DNA of 64,000 nucleotides. Origin: Antedon mediterranea (taxonomy: Eukaryota; Animalia; Echinodermata). This document shows, in pieces, positions 27,553 through 41,907 of the stretch. The DNA is taken from contig NC_092673.1 in assembly GCF_964355755.1 (NCBI RefSeq), positions 4,278,001 through 4,342,000 on the forward strand. The letters are read 5' to 3'. A program made the position numbers and the translations under genes. Each line of letters starts with the position of its first letter. The first letter of the stretch is position 1. Under the pieces are notes generated by a model. That model made no database searches. It saw nothing but the letters and a program-made list of their open reading frames with translations, and had not been told where the DNA came from.

Positions 27553-30272
27553 TTAACAGGTTGAATTCATACATTTCTTGGACGGTAAGTTTGGACAACG
27601 TGACTCATGTGCAATAGCGTTCAGATATAGGTCTATAATTATCTAGTTGGGCATTTTCCCACACGATTGTCAGGCTAGATCTAAGGTCTTCCTTTGCCAA
27701 GGGCAGTAGTAAAAGGGTGAAAAGCAGGTTCATGCTGGCACATAGCAAAAACAGATTAATTCAAAGATAAATACTGAAATGCATGAATTGTGGTTATACA
27801 TTCCAATAATGTTTACTCAACATTACTGTCTTGTTTGACTTTGGTTAATTATTCTATGAGTAAAAATTCCAAATGTTGTTTTTTTCTTTAGAAATCAGAA
27901 CATGTAATTCCAGGTTTAATTCATTCAACAGGTGTAAATCACTCACTTGCTTTATGATCTCCATAGTTGGCATTTTAAAACATGGAAAAGACATAACTTT
28001 GATGGTTAATTATTCATGCTTTCTCGGAACATGTTCCTCTATGTTTAATTCTGGGTATTTCCTTACATTTAACAGGTGATGGGTGTAACCCTCAGAAACA
28101 CCTTTGCATTTCCAAACATGGAAAGGAAAAAAGGTGTGCATGTTGTCTTCGGTGAACAGATTGCTAAGACAGGAAAACGACAGTTATCAATGTAACCTAC
28201 ATAATGAATATTTTTGTCCCCTTTCCTGGATCGATTCGCAAAGGTTTCACAATCGAACACCCGCGGGTACCCAAATTACGCGCAATGAAATTTTGTATAG
28301 AATGTACGTACGTATTTCATTATGTAGCTATCTTACAGGTTTCACTTTGGCTCATTTTATTCAATAACTATGAAGAGGTATAACATGGTATTGGTTATTT
28401 TGTTTTCCCACTAGAGGGCTATGATCAAGAGACCACATACATCTTCCGGCTACTGGGTTTTACATTGGCTTCTGTATTCCATCATATTATCGCAATAAAA
28501 TAACAATAAACAAATAATACACAAATAATTTCTATTTTCTCTATACTTATTAATAATTCAAAATCGTTTATATACAGGGTTACTGTTCTACGATTATTTT
28601 TTAATATAAATACGTTACATTTATTTGTAATAATCATTAAAACTTGAACATATTAAAATCGTGCTAAACATGTTTACATGTACGCACTAACACCTTCAGT
28701 TATTACTTTCTCTTTTACTTATTGGTTCCATAGGTACAAGCCATCCGGTATAAAAATAAACAATAATGAATGTTGTGCCAACTGTTTACACAACAATGTC
28801 AACTCTTTAGCAATGTGACATTTTAATAGAATATTTTCAAGTCTGCAAAAAGGTGTAGGAAATAGTACTATAATCTACACGTAACAAATATTTACCTGTC
28901 GTAAAATTTACAATTTAATACAAATATTGACAATTAATTGCTTCAATTGATATTTTTAAAGAATGCGATTGAGATATTTTAAATTCATTTGTCTGGCCGA
29001 AATATTTGAATTTTTTGCCTAAGGGTTCACAGATGCCCATGGACCAGGTGGCAATATTTGAGGTCAAACTCGAAGTGACCGAAAACCGCAAACAAATACG
29101 CAGCCTCTGATCCACATACTGTACATTTCAGTATGTTTATATCTACACATATCACAACCACTGTCTGGCACAGCCAGCCTAAGAGTCTGAGTTGAATTAT
29201 GTGGAGTTATCATCATCTCTAACGTAATCAAAATCACTAATCATCATGATCAATCTTTTGCCCCTCAGGCCCCAATTGTGGTTTTATTACCAGAGACTTA
29301 CTTCCCTGCTGACTTGTTGATTTAGAAAAATATTTGGGAAAGTGTCATCCTTAATCAATGGTTTTTTTTATAGACCGATTTATTCAACTAGCACCGTTTA
29401 AGAAGTAAAATGCCATAGTTATTTTAATCAAGAATAACTTTGTATATTTACTAAATTACTATGCAAATTTAGGGGAATCTGTATAAATTATAATTCTAAT
29501 GATTTAAAATATTTGAAAGAAAAGATGAAATAAAATTATATTTTACCTCAAATTAAAAAAAATCAATAAACAACTACAGACCTGCATACAATTATTATTT
29601 CTATGATGATTGACAAAATACAATTTTTTTTAGGACAACAACATTGTAATCTTTGATTTTACCTTTTTAAGTTTAACCATACAATTTTTTCTGAAAAAAA
29701 TCTTAACATAACATACACCTGTTGTATGCTTTAAAAGAAAAAAAAATTGGCAATTCATGACATTTTGAAAAATGACAATGACGGGCGGAATGATGACGTT
29801 GACGGGTTTTTCTCTAATTGCGCTACACTCTCATTTCCTTTTAGTTGTGTTTTCACACGTACATACATTGATTTGAATTCCCCAGTGATTTCAACAATTA
29901 TCGTGTACTGATTACCGCACCAATGTTTGTTGAGTTCACATTATATCGGTGAAAAAGTCGGAATACCGTGCTTGGTGCTGGGTAGAATGATGATTTAGCA
30001 TCTATAGGTTTAAGAATAAACCTGCTTTGAGTTTAGAGTACAGGTTCAAGCTTATGTTAATTGACGTGTTTGTTTAATTTTAAATGAGATGGGCTTTTAG
30101 GGCGGACAGCTGTCTGTTAAAATACTTGCTTAATTATTTCGTCTAATTTATCTTAGAAAAGAAATTTACCCAAACGGCTGGGGATAGTTACTTGTGGCAT
30201 CCTGGCTGTAATATCATACAGCAATTCTTTCTAGTCATCAGAATACCTCTTGCAAAGATGTCTAATTTCTAA

Positions 30273-30780
30273 AACTCTGTCTACACTATGTGACACAACA
30301 ATGTGATATGCCCATATATTTTTATTTTTTATTTTTATTTTATTCAATCGAAACCAACAGCGATAATTACCGCCACTAACAGGTTTGATACAAACAAAGC
30401 CAGGAGAGTTTAAAGCACCTTGATTGGTCCTGACATTGATCAAGGGCTTCTCTCGTCCAGTGCCCACCTTGACCAGAGGTCTGAGGCAGATACTAGATGC
30501 AGGGGCTGCCATAAGAGTCAGCAGTGCTGATTTCAAATGCCTAACGGGACCCCAGCTCCGTATACAGCACCCGCTATTCCCAGATGGTCTCCCATCCAAG
30601 CTCTAACCAGGCCCAACGTTGCTTAACTTCGGTGATCTGACGAGAACCGGTGTTTCAACGTGGTAAAGCCGTACAACATAACATAATGATGGCATATCAC
30701 TACCATATTTGAGAATATAACTTCCATATTTGGGTACATCATACCTTATTTGTCAAATAGTTTGATAGTGTAGACAGAGT
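30273..30780. mobile_element. MITE family 1, copy G, split by a 5S-derived SINE
   Basis: Left part AACTCTGTCTACACTATGTGAC...GCCCATATAT (30273-30319); right part resumes ACATAATGATGGCATATCACTACC...GATAGTGTAGACAGAG (about 30681-30780). Confidence 0.85.
30320..30676 (-). mobile_element. 5S rRNA-derived SINE (SINE3-type)
   Basis: Minus strand 30676-30560 reads TACGGCTTTACCACGTTGAAACACCGGTTCTCGTCAGATCACCGAAGTTAAGCAACGTTGGGCCTGGTTAGAGCTTGGATGGGAGACCATCTGGGAATAGCGGGTGCTGTA, a near full-length diverged metazoan 5S sequence. No oligo-T terminator follows; instead there is a unique body of about 215 bp and an (A4-6T)n tail. Confidence 0.85.
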
Positions 30781-33700
30781 GTGCAAGACATCAATTTGTG
30801 AATGTTACTATTCAGGTGTTTTTGCCATAAAATAAGCATATTTCTATATCAACTCATTTTTTTTTTGGTAGGTCTATAATCCATTGCCCAGAACCAGACC
30901 TAACCCCTTTCTTTCTAAGAATAATTGTCTCTGTGGTCCAGATGTTTGGCAGGAGCCACCCACATTGATGTTTGGGTCGTTACAAGATGAGATAACTTCT
31001 AAAACCTCAAGGACAAGTGATCAACTAAAATTACAGGAATTTTTTTTTTCACACATAAACTATATTACTATTATAAATTAAAATGAAAATATGTATGTTA
31101 CCATATCATTTTAAAATTTCAAACAAGATAATATTTTGCTTTTTGGGAATCTTCATTTTTCATATGTAGTACAGTAGATTCAAAACAAATAATCTTAATA
31201 TTATGCGGCTATAATAAATAAACATATTATGTAAGAAGTAAACAATTAATTTGCAAATGTAAACAAATGTGTTAAGCCTCTTTTATCCCAAGAAATTTAA
31301 ACCTAATTATTTACTAATAATCATTAAATGCAAAACATCACTCAACACTAACCAGGTGGTACCTTTAGCACTCTTGCTTGCCTCCAAATGAATACAATGT
31401 ATAACAAAAGGTAAGGTATTAATAGCCCTGTAAGGCAGATAATCTCTGATTAAAGTGCCCTACCAATTAACCGTTCACAGGTGTGTATATAAATGTATAG
31501 TGTTCTGAACTCTCTTTAAATACCTCTTAAACTTATAATGCTTAATAAATATAAATTAGGTGATAGTATCGTAAACAACGAAAGCAGAAAATTGGAGTAA
31601 TAAATGTCGAGAAACTCCATGATAATTTCCTTATATTCTTCGTCTTAGAACAGAAAACAAAATATGAAGTAATATTAAAACATGGAAGGTAGTCAGTATC
31701 TATTCCTTTAATCTTAACAGACCCTAATTATCACAAAGCACTGTGTCTATACTAGCCAATACAAATGAACAATCCTTGGACATTGATAGCAAAATAAAAG
31801 AGCAGAGAATATAGGCAATTATTCAAACAAACGATTAAGAAAATCAATATTTGCATTATCAATTTACCAATGTCTTTATTTTTTAAATGACATAGAATCA
31901 ATAATCAATATAAATCGAAATCTGGAAGGAGTCTAAAAGTTTTTCTTTTCATATGAATCAAATTTATTTCAGAGTAAAAAAATACTTATATGTTTACTAC
32001 TTCTCTTCATTATTTAAAAAAAGGTTTTAACAAAGTGTGTTTTGTAGATGTTCAAAAAGTTATAATTTAACAAGTTGTAAGTACGGTATGTGTATTAAAT
32101 ATCTACTAGTTTTCTAAAAAACATTTTACTGTTATTTTAAACTATAATTTTAACACAATGCTAAGAAAAACAGCAATTTCTTAAATTTCAATGAAGGAGT
32201 ACTTAAATAGTTTAATCCTACAAAGTTAAACAATTTGGTTCCTGATATGTTTTCATAAGTGTATGACAGGAATGCAACCTTTTCATACAACAATGTTAAT
32301 TGTTGATTCCTCTCACTTGAATAAGCTTTGAAATAATTCTATTTTTTTATGCCATTTACAGCGCTAAGCCTGCGACCAGTTATAGCAAATAGTGTTTTGT
32401 ATTTCAATGGCGCACTCACTTTTATTTTAGAACTGGGCTTCATTTTGTCTGTCATTTTCAATTGAAAAAGTTTGTTATGACAAAATTCAAAGGATGAAAA
32501 CCTCTGTCAAAACTACAGCTCACATTACATAAATTGACACATTTTACATGCTGAATAATAAAAGCATTGTACGTTTTATTTGCGACAAAGTTTTTGATAT
32601 AATTGACATGACAATTAATAAACAATCATAATTTAATTAATTAGAACCGTTATTGATGTTATCAATAACATTTAGAAGGATTTACCGGTAATACATTTTG
32701 ATAGAGTGGTTTGTTAAAGACGGGAAAGAGATACGTAGGAGATATTGTTTTAAAAAACAGACATAGCATAACATGTGGGTACTGCTATCTCTCCATATTC
32801 CTTTGAAATTTAAAATTCTAATTATTAAATCATCAGCTATGTAGGTTTATGGTAATTGGTAAACTCTATGCACTATAGCTACTGAATAACAAAATGTATT
32901 ATGACTTGCTGAGGTATGACACAAACCATTAAAATCCACACCACAATATTCAATAAAACTGACAACGAAAAATTGGAAGAAGATCCAATAATCAAGTCAT
33001 TTGGGTGAACAAGTAGACTGGAACGGCAGTTTTTCTAATGATCATCAAAATAATAATAGGGCCTATACAATGTTCTGAACCATTTTGCTTCTACGAGAAA
33101 AATTACTGATGCTTGTCGGTGTTCTTTTATAAATATGTTGAGGAATTCTTGCGAGATCCGACGTGTGACGGTATTGTGGCAGATTAGCTGAATAAAGCAG
33201 TATAATAGGTTTAATTTATCATATTACGTATAGAAGTTAATCCTAGCAGGAAGTCTATAGGTCATTTGTGATGGTGCAAGTTCATTCCACAACTTTTGTC
33301 AATTTCTTTACAACTTAAATTTGAAATGTGGGTTTAAATTTAACCACAATATAATACTAGTAAGAATTCAGGGTATAATTATATTGTTGGTATATTTATT
33401 CAACCATAGCCTCAACTTTAGAGGCAAATTACACTATGCAGAGATTAGCTAACAATTTGATTAATTACTGACGTAAATTCTCACTGTTCCATAAAATATG
33501 TAGTGAACGGAATAGTAGCTAATGTACTGTACTAAATTAAAAATAATCTTTCCTATTTTATTTTTTCCTATCTTTTATTTTTTTATACAAAAACAGAGTT
33601 TTCAAATTTTATTTTACTTTACTTTCTAATAAAGTACAATGATCTAGAAATCGAAGCATGACTTGAGAAACAAGGTCTATGGACCAAATTGAACAAATAT

Positions 33701-36617
33701 CTCAGTACGAATATGACATGATCTAAAAGTGCCCAAATGGTTTAAATTCAGTCAATTGAAAGCTGTGATGCATATCAATGATCATGATAGCTGAATTAAT
33801 TATGTTTTTAAAAAATATGAAAACTATACAGTACTTGTAAATACACACAAACTGTACTTTTGATCTAGTTTAAAACAATGATGTATACAAATATTAAATG
33901 TACTTAAATGTAAAATGAAAGTCAATAAAGATAATGGGAAGCTATAACACGTGATAGTATGTGATATTTGTAAATATTATATTATAGTGCAAATGTACTT
34001 TACTGGTATACTGGTATGTACTATACTTGTTTGGGTTTATCCTGATTTTCATCCAAAAGGGTCTAGGTTCTGAAACTACATTTTGGTTATACTAGCACAT
34101 CCCCCAAACAAATTTTGTATTAAACGAAAGAGAAGGGGAGGGGTGGAGTGGGTAGGGGACATTTTCATAAAAGATAAACCAACAAATAAATGAGAAATCA
34201 TCTGAAAAGATTGCATGGAGATAATATATGCGCTAAGAGTAACACAACACATAGATAGATTAAACCATTCGTATTGAATTCAATCAAACAAGATGTTTTT
34301 GCGTAATTCTTCTTCCAGCAAACAATTCAAACTTCTCGGTTTTCCTGTTTTTGTCAAATTCTTCAACAATTACAACCTAATTCAATCTGTCAAAACTATT
34401 TAACATATTGTTACTTATTTTGATTTTGTAACAATGCAGTTCAGATTTACAATTATTTTTTCAAAACGTGCATGAAAATAAAAACATGGTCATGTAATCA
34501 ATGTTAAAAATCAAGACAGAAAAACCGCAAGAATTGGTGTCAAAATTCCAACTGTGAGGCTAGCTACTTTACACCTTGATGGTTTACACATGGATGGGAG
34601 GCCAGCCCAATTAGCGCCATCTCAATCAGAAACAGAGTTTGATAACAAACAAACATTTCATAGAAAGTTGTTGCTCAAATCTTATAATTTGATTGGTTAA
34701 TTTTGTATCGGAAGATGTTCCATATCAGTGCTAGTTAACGAAATTTAAAAAAAAAAAAATTTTTCTTTCATGGAATATGCCTCGTTAAATAGAACAATCA
34801 ATATTTTAACTCATGAAATATCCTCACCATTCAACTAATAAATATTCACTATTGTATACTGTATCAATCCTCTTCTGTAAATAAGATATTCTTATTTTAA
34901 TCTATTTCATTTTCTTTTTTCAAATTGAAAATCCACCTATATATTAAATTATGAAAAATCTCTTTTTAAATCAAAATGCAACAAGGCTAAAAATATAACT
35001 TGGAATGAAATTGAAATTGTATCTTTTAAAGAAACCAGCCAGTTGTCTAAACAAATATGTTTATAATGGTATATTCGGCAGTTAATATTTAAAGAATAAA
35101 AGATGATCCACTGTGAAAGGGTAATGAAACACCTTATCATATTCTAGACAATCAGGTAAGATTTCTATCAATGAATAAATCTAACAGACAATCCGCATGA
35201 TACCACCATTTTTACTAACTCCAATTTATAGGGGCCAACCTGGCAGGAAATTCAATAATAGCACAATATCTAAGACCTAAGCCTAGTTTTGGGCTGTGTA
35301 CAGTCCCCGAAGGCCTGACATAAAACACAGACAATTTTACAATGGGCACTCCTCGATCATTCCTCCCTGATTATACACACACACACTTTCATTTTCAAAG
35401 TGGAAACTTATTTTCTTAACTGATTTTATCTTCGATCTTTTTAAATAAATCCTAGCCCCTTTAGGAATACTAAAGGAAACGGAATGGTTTACAGTGATTT
35501 TTATTAAGCAAAAAGTTTAAAAATTGCTGCAGGTTTAAGTAAATGCTTATTCAATGTGTCACAATTGTATGGTAGTTAATTCTATTAGGTTATCGCTTAT
35601 AATAATAATTTAGGTTATTAATCATTACTATTTGACACTTTCTATTCAGTACTTCATTAAAGCTTTCAAATAATTCAGTAAATGAAATCAAGACTGAACG
35701 ATTGAAAAGGGGAGAATAAGTGATAATTAGAATCATTCAAACCTGTCATTGATATACAGTATCAAATATATGACTTATCATTATAATAGGTTTCTATTGT
35801 GTCTTCATTATATGTACTGTAGATTGCTTTTACTTATCTAAAATCATCAACTATAAAATGTTTTTAAATAGGGTTTTTAAAAAAAGAAACAAATGAAACG
35901 TGTGAAATTCAAAAGTACAGCTGCATAAAGTGACAAACCCATGTGGGACTATATTCAAATGAAAGTTATGCATAATAAAGGAAGATGATGATGATGATGT
36001 TTGAAATTTGTGGATTCTTCAAAATGTAGCCAAAATAGGTTTATAGATATAATAATTTGTTTTTGTTATATAATACAATTTTCCAAGAAAATTTAACTGC
36101 TATAGGGTTATAGATATATCTATCTCGTTGCTTTTATATTTCCACACTATCTACTACTACTGTATTACTAATTGAAAATAGTTAGCATAACATGTTCTTA
36201 TTGACAGAATACAGTGTCTGATTCAAGTAGGTACTTTTCCACTTGTTACATTAGATTGACAGCAGAGTTTTATTATAAAGTATTTAGCAGTAAACAATTG
36301 CTTCACACCTTCAGTACCTATTATCCATAACACCCTTTACACACAGCTGGGAAACCTATAGTATTCCAGCCGGATAGATTGCATTGGCTCATACAGAAAT
36401 CTCTGTGCCTTTATTCTGGGGTTGAACGTTAAGAGCTTCTTTTGATACTGGTGAATTATATATTGTTTAGTGGACAGGACAGTTAACATCCAACAAAAAC
36501 AAATGCATTGCTATAAAGACCACTATGGAATTCTATACATGAATGGATGGTATAGTAAAAATATAGAAAGTAAATTTAGATACAAATCAATCTGCATAAT
36601 TGCTTGGCTAATTGTAA

Positions 36618-36753
36618 AGCTCTGTTTACACTATCAAACTAGTTTGACCAAAAAAAAGTATGATGCGCTTAAATATGGTAGTGATATGACATTATCATGT
36701 CCATATACAGGCACATTACATTTGTTTGTCACATAAAGATTGATAGTGTAGAC
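36618..36753. mobile_element. MITE family 1, copy H
   Basis: TAA|AGCTCTGTTTACACTATCAAACTAGTTTGAC...TTGATAGTGTAGAC; last few bases lost. Confidence 0.8.
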
Positions 36754-37680
36754 TACTAAACCTTCTTGTAATAGCAGTTTCAGACCATAAACCATGGAAC
36801 TTTTACAAAGTGAAACAACATTGAGTAAATTTAAATACTAAATGCAAGATATGTTTATTTGACATTCATTGCACACAGAGTTGATTAAAAACAAACTTTC
36901 TAAATCCACGCTTAAAGTGCCTAACTTTCTGTTATAATAAACATCATTACATATTTAAAGGGATATGATAATAATTTATTTCATATTCTGTGGAGGGCCG
37001 ATTGTTGAGTACACAAAATAAATTTGGCTATTAGTTTAATGATGCAGTGCCTCTTTAATAGCACAATTCAAGCTTCCTATCGGAACTTTGAAATTTCCCC
37101 AAATCTGGAAGTTCTTTGAAATTGGAGGAAACATTAACATATTCAATTCTGCTTTAATCATCTACTGGCTTCCTTCAACATAAAATGATAAAAACAGCAT
37201 GAAATAAATCTCTAAAAAGGACTTTTGCACACAAAATATATGAGTTATTTTTTAATTTGGACTCCCTACATTACACACATAATCCATATAGGCCTATGTG
37301 TCTGTATACTGAAATGTACAAAACGAATATATTTGGTTTTCTCATTGTAGAAAAATGTCACTATGAGAATTGTTGGAAATTATAATGTATACAATCTGAT
37401 TGTTAACTTTATCTTACAGAACCACAGACTTGTTTGTGAACAAAATATCTGATTTATAATCTTTGAACTTAATAAAGATTATATACGGTATATATAACAG
37501 CAACAGCAAGCAAGAATTCACAGAAATCCCAAAAGAAGCAAAAACTGGGATAAAATTCAAAACTTGTTAGTCAATTTGAAACAATTTCAGTTTCAATGTC
37601 TATGGGAAAACAAAAATTCATTCTTATTCGTGATAAACCTGATAAACAATTTTTTAAATAATTCAATTATTAGTACTTAC

Positions 37681-37752
37681 AGTCTGTGCATATGTTCCGT
37701 TTGCGTAAACAATAGTTCTGGTAAACTTTGCAATTTGTTGTTGTTCAACCGC
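37681..37752 (-). CDS. slit: slit exon 4, 72-bp single LRR
   Basis: cag|G...CT|gtaag; RLNNNKLQSLPELLFTQTEHMHR(L); phase 2-2; Slit-typical RLN...LPELLF. Confidence 0.94.
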
Positions 37753-40700
37753 CTGAGAAAGATTATTTAAAAAAAAATTGAAATAAAAATATTAAACACA
37801 TTATAACTCTTCTTATATAATTTATTGTATTATAGAACATACATAGAAATAACAAGAATTTATCTCTACATTTATACACTATTCTATATTTTACATAGCT
37901 ACCTAACTAGCAGAATTCACGCCGATGATGTTAATTGGTTTCCGAAACTGGTACGTCTCCAGATACGAAAAAAAAAACAGCATGAGAATATTAAATGCTT
38001 TGATTTATTCATTAAATGTCTGTCAATACTAATTTCTTGTAGAAGTATATACTTGTAGTTTTTGCAGATTTTCTTTCTTTCATCTCTAACATGATCTGTT
38101 TCAGTATTAGGCGGAGGTGCGTGTGCAATTGTAAGTGTCTGTTTAAAAATGGCTTGCTATTTTTAGACCATTACAGATCCCACTTTCAGTTGCACCCCTT
38201 TACCCGTTAAATTATCATTAAAAATGAATACGTTTGAACATTTGTAAGAGTTGATATAGCGGTCAGTTCTTTGAACATTCTCCAACTTAACACTCAATAT
38301 TCTTAGGGAATTCTAAATTGCTTGAATTTAAGATGATAATCGATGAGTATAATCCAGTTCCAGAAAATAACAAGAATTTAAACATCAATTTAATATCGCT
38401 AGAAGCTATACAAATTTAAATATCCATCATTATTAATACCCTGGTAGGAAAGAATTTATTACTTGTCCAAATTGGTATGAATTTCACCAAGTAAAAATTA
38501 AGCTGAAGCGATGGGGTGTGAAGTTTATAGTTTTTTTTTTACTCCCCAGAAAAGAAAAGTGACACGCTATATAACAGTGCATTGGTTGCTGCCTGGGGTA
38601 ATATAAAGATACTGTCACAAACTTTGAAGAGTATCGCGTCTTTTACGTTGGGGTAAAAAACACAACCCAAAGCATAAATGTACATTAGTATTTTTAATCT
38701 AATAAACATAAACTGCTAAAATTACTTTATAATAGCATTGCAGTTATTTTAATAATTTTAAATAGAGTAAATCCATTTCTAAATATCATTATGTTACTAA
38801 ATACTATAACAGGATTTAAGGCCACATTAGATATTTTAGGTGTGAGCTAAAAAACAGGAACAGTTTGCAGCATTTCTAATTAAACTATTATATATTATTA
38901 ATATTATACAGTAATAGTATTAATATTATATATTTTGTAATTGTTATTTTTTGGTTAGAATTTGTGATTGACAGTGAGAGCAACATGTTGGAAAAAATTG
39001 GATAAATAAAATCATTTAACTACCGTATATCTATATTTCTTCAATAGAATAGTAACAACAGACAATATTTCTTTAATCTTTGTACAGGTTGAAATACTGT
39101 TAATATTTTTGTTAATAAATATTTTCACACATGTTAATTATCACGGAACTGCTACTACAGACAAGAAGAGGAGTTTGTTGTCTTTTAGAGCTGTTCTGTA
39201 TAAACATTAATTGTTTTCAATATAGTGGTTTATAAGCCTCGGTAAACTTCTTGAAAAGCGTTAATATTCCTACTCGACCTTTACAAGAGCTGTTGTTTAA
39301 CATTCAGCTTTGTGTGCTCTTCTAAAGGTATTCATAAAATTGAATCCTTTACAGGTTCAACATTAAATCAAAACAAACAGTATCTTTTTAATGAAATATT
39401 AACACTGTTCTGTAACAAGTGTTGGCACGCAGTAAGAAATGATTTTCAATCGATTAAACAGTTAATTCTTCAAGTGTTCATGCGTGAAGTTATCAGTTAT
39501 CGTGTCAAAAACTTTATTAAATTGAGTAACGGACGAGAAAGCCCATTCATAATAAATAGACACCGTATTGTTTGTATTTTCTTTCCATATTTGTAATCTT
39601 TCTTTTATCATTGCTTATCAGATGAAATAATTTTAATATTCAACCAAAAATGGTAAGTCTGTTAAAAATTACTCATCATGACTAGAAATACCAAACAATG
39701 GAAAATAACTTGTAACAATCCATTTTTAAGATCCTAATGAATATTTCCCAATTTAACAATTATTATGAAACATTCAAGTTAACTATAAAACAATTAGCAA
39801 ACCTTTAGAATGAATTTCGCAGTTTTGAATAATAAAGTTTTATCGAATTGAATTTCATCTTAATAAGAGAACTTAAAATAGAACCACTATTAAGGGGAAA
39901 TTTTCAGTACCAAATTAAACTCTCCAATTTATAGATGTCCCTTGAATAGGTGTTGGTTGTAGTGTTAAAACATATTTCCCTTCATTTATTTTATGGAAAA
40001 GTCTTCCTAGGGGTGTTCTCTGAACAAGTGTGTTCCAAAGAAGGGTTATTTTATATGAACAGTATTTATTGAAATTTATATATATATCTAGATTTAATAC
40101 TTAATAGATGTTCACATATTTTGCAAGGATAAAGTTACACAGAATATCTTAATGAACGTGGATGCATGACAATCATGCATACTTTTCTTCTGCGTTCTTA
40201 GAGGGAGTCCCGACTCCTTAACTACGGGTTCTATCACTCCAGGCTTGTAATTAATTAACTGCATTATTGTACCTGATCTCTGGAAGGAATTCAATCCCTT
40301 AATTGCCTCATACAGCAAATCTCACAGATTGCACTCAACCATGGAGCGAGCTCTAGCTAAGCTACAATGATATTTTATTTTGAGACATCGGTTATGAACT
40401 TTTTTCTAAAATGCTATTCTAATTTCAATCAATTTGCAGAAATTTTAGGTTTTGTGTCTCTCTGTTTACAACACAATAGTTATTGTAGTCACTTTAATTG
40501 AACCCTGAAAAAGAGACTGAAAAAAGATATTTATACCAGGTATAGCCTGTAAATACTTTGAATTGAAAGATCTATACCCGGTTCATAATTTACATACAAA
40601 TTATGTAATATAACTATCATTTCTCTCCCTTTTTTCATGACTCATGTTTTCACCTGATTTTTCTTTTATATGAAACAGATATCTGAATTATAATACACAT

Positions 40701-41453
40701 TATGAGCTGAAACTTTCCATTCGACGAGTTCCTGTCTGTTTTTAAGTACTCTCTATCAGTCTTATATGATGCAAATTTCTCGTATTGATAAACCTAGATA
40801 TCGTTTAACTTTAAAAAACATTTAAAAAAATTAATGTATACATTTTAATAAAAAAAATAAAAAGGTAGAGGTTGATGTTCGGAACTTTTTTATCTGGCAT
40901 TTCTGCTACAACCGGAAAACAGTAATAAAGTACTGTATAACATTGATATTTTAAACTTTCCCATAAATTTTAGCCCATTCTAAATTAGTAGAAAGGAGTA
41001 GGCCTACCATAGCAATATTTATTGAAGCATATATAATATAGAGTAGTTTTTTACGATTAAGTATTATTGCTTTAATATTGATATGGCATAAAGTAAAGGA
41101 AAAACTAATTATTTATTTATATAATATATCCCACTCTAAACGCTTATTTGACGCAAATAATGCTAAAATCTAAGTATATAATTAGTTTTCCATTATTATT
41201 TATAGCCAAAAAACAAGATAATTTACAACGATATCCCATCAAAGCAAACCGAAATTACTACTCGTTTGATATTCGCCGACAAATTAATTACTTTACGAGA
41301 GATCGTTTTTAGTCCACTTGTCCCAAAATTGTATGCCGACTGGGTAAGCATGGTACAGCCCCATCACTCCACAGTCACACATGAGTACATATTTGGCCTA
41401 ACTCCCTATAATTAATTCTTATTTAATGAAGCAATAACCCATCAAATACTTAC

Positions 41454-41525
41454 ATTCTTTCGACGGAGACAAGGTCAGAAAATGCACCTCTTTCAATACT
41501 AGCAAGTTGATTGTGCATCACTTGT
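41454..41525 (-). CDS. slit: slit exon 3, 72-bp single LRR
   Basis: cag|A...AT|gtaag; QVMHNQLASIERGAFSDLVSVER(M); phase 2-2; contains the Slit-typical IERGAF. Confidence 0.94.
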
Positions 41526-41835
41526 CTGTTGGAATAGAAATAAAGAAACAATTTGAGAACTGAATTGATAAAACTGTAGGCCTACTACATGGTAATTAGG
41601 GAGGCTAATATGGAGGCTAATATGGAGACGACCAACTAATGGTACCATGGGATGTAGTACGTCACTCTGATGCGGACTTTTTTGGTTTGGTGTAGGAACG
41701 GACCTATAAATCTATAGGTAGGCCTACAACTACATGTAACTGGTGACAGTTAACAATAAACAATATGTAAAATAATATTTATTATTATAGCTATATAGGC
41801 CTAAATCATAAATTATTACGTCAGAAAATACTCAC

Positions 41836-41907
41836 AGGAATCGGAGGTCCCTCAAGTCTGCAAAATCGCCCCTGAGTATTTTGGTAATGTTGTTCCACGA
41901 TAGATCT
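41836..41907 (-). CDS. slit: slit exon 2, 72-bp single LRR
   Basis: cag|A...CT|gtgag; DLSWNNITKILRGDFADLRDLRF(L); phase 2-2. Confidence 0.94.

Noticed and set aside
30231-30606. 122-aa and 60-aa ORFs, and a functional 5S rRNA gene call
   Set aside because: The ORFs overlie the SINE. The 5S part is diverged, solitary, lacks a terminator and is fused to a body and tail.
37825-38058. Plus-strand ORF with a faintly LRR-like stretch (RIHADDVNWFPKLVRLQI) near slit exon 4
   Set aside because: Wrong strand for slit, lacks the LxxLxLxxN consensus and has no 72-bp splice frame.
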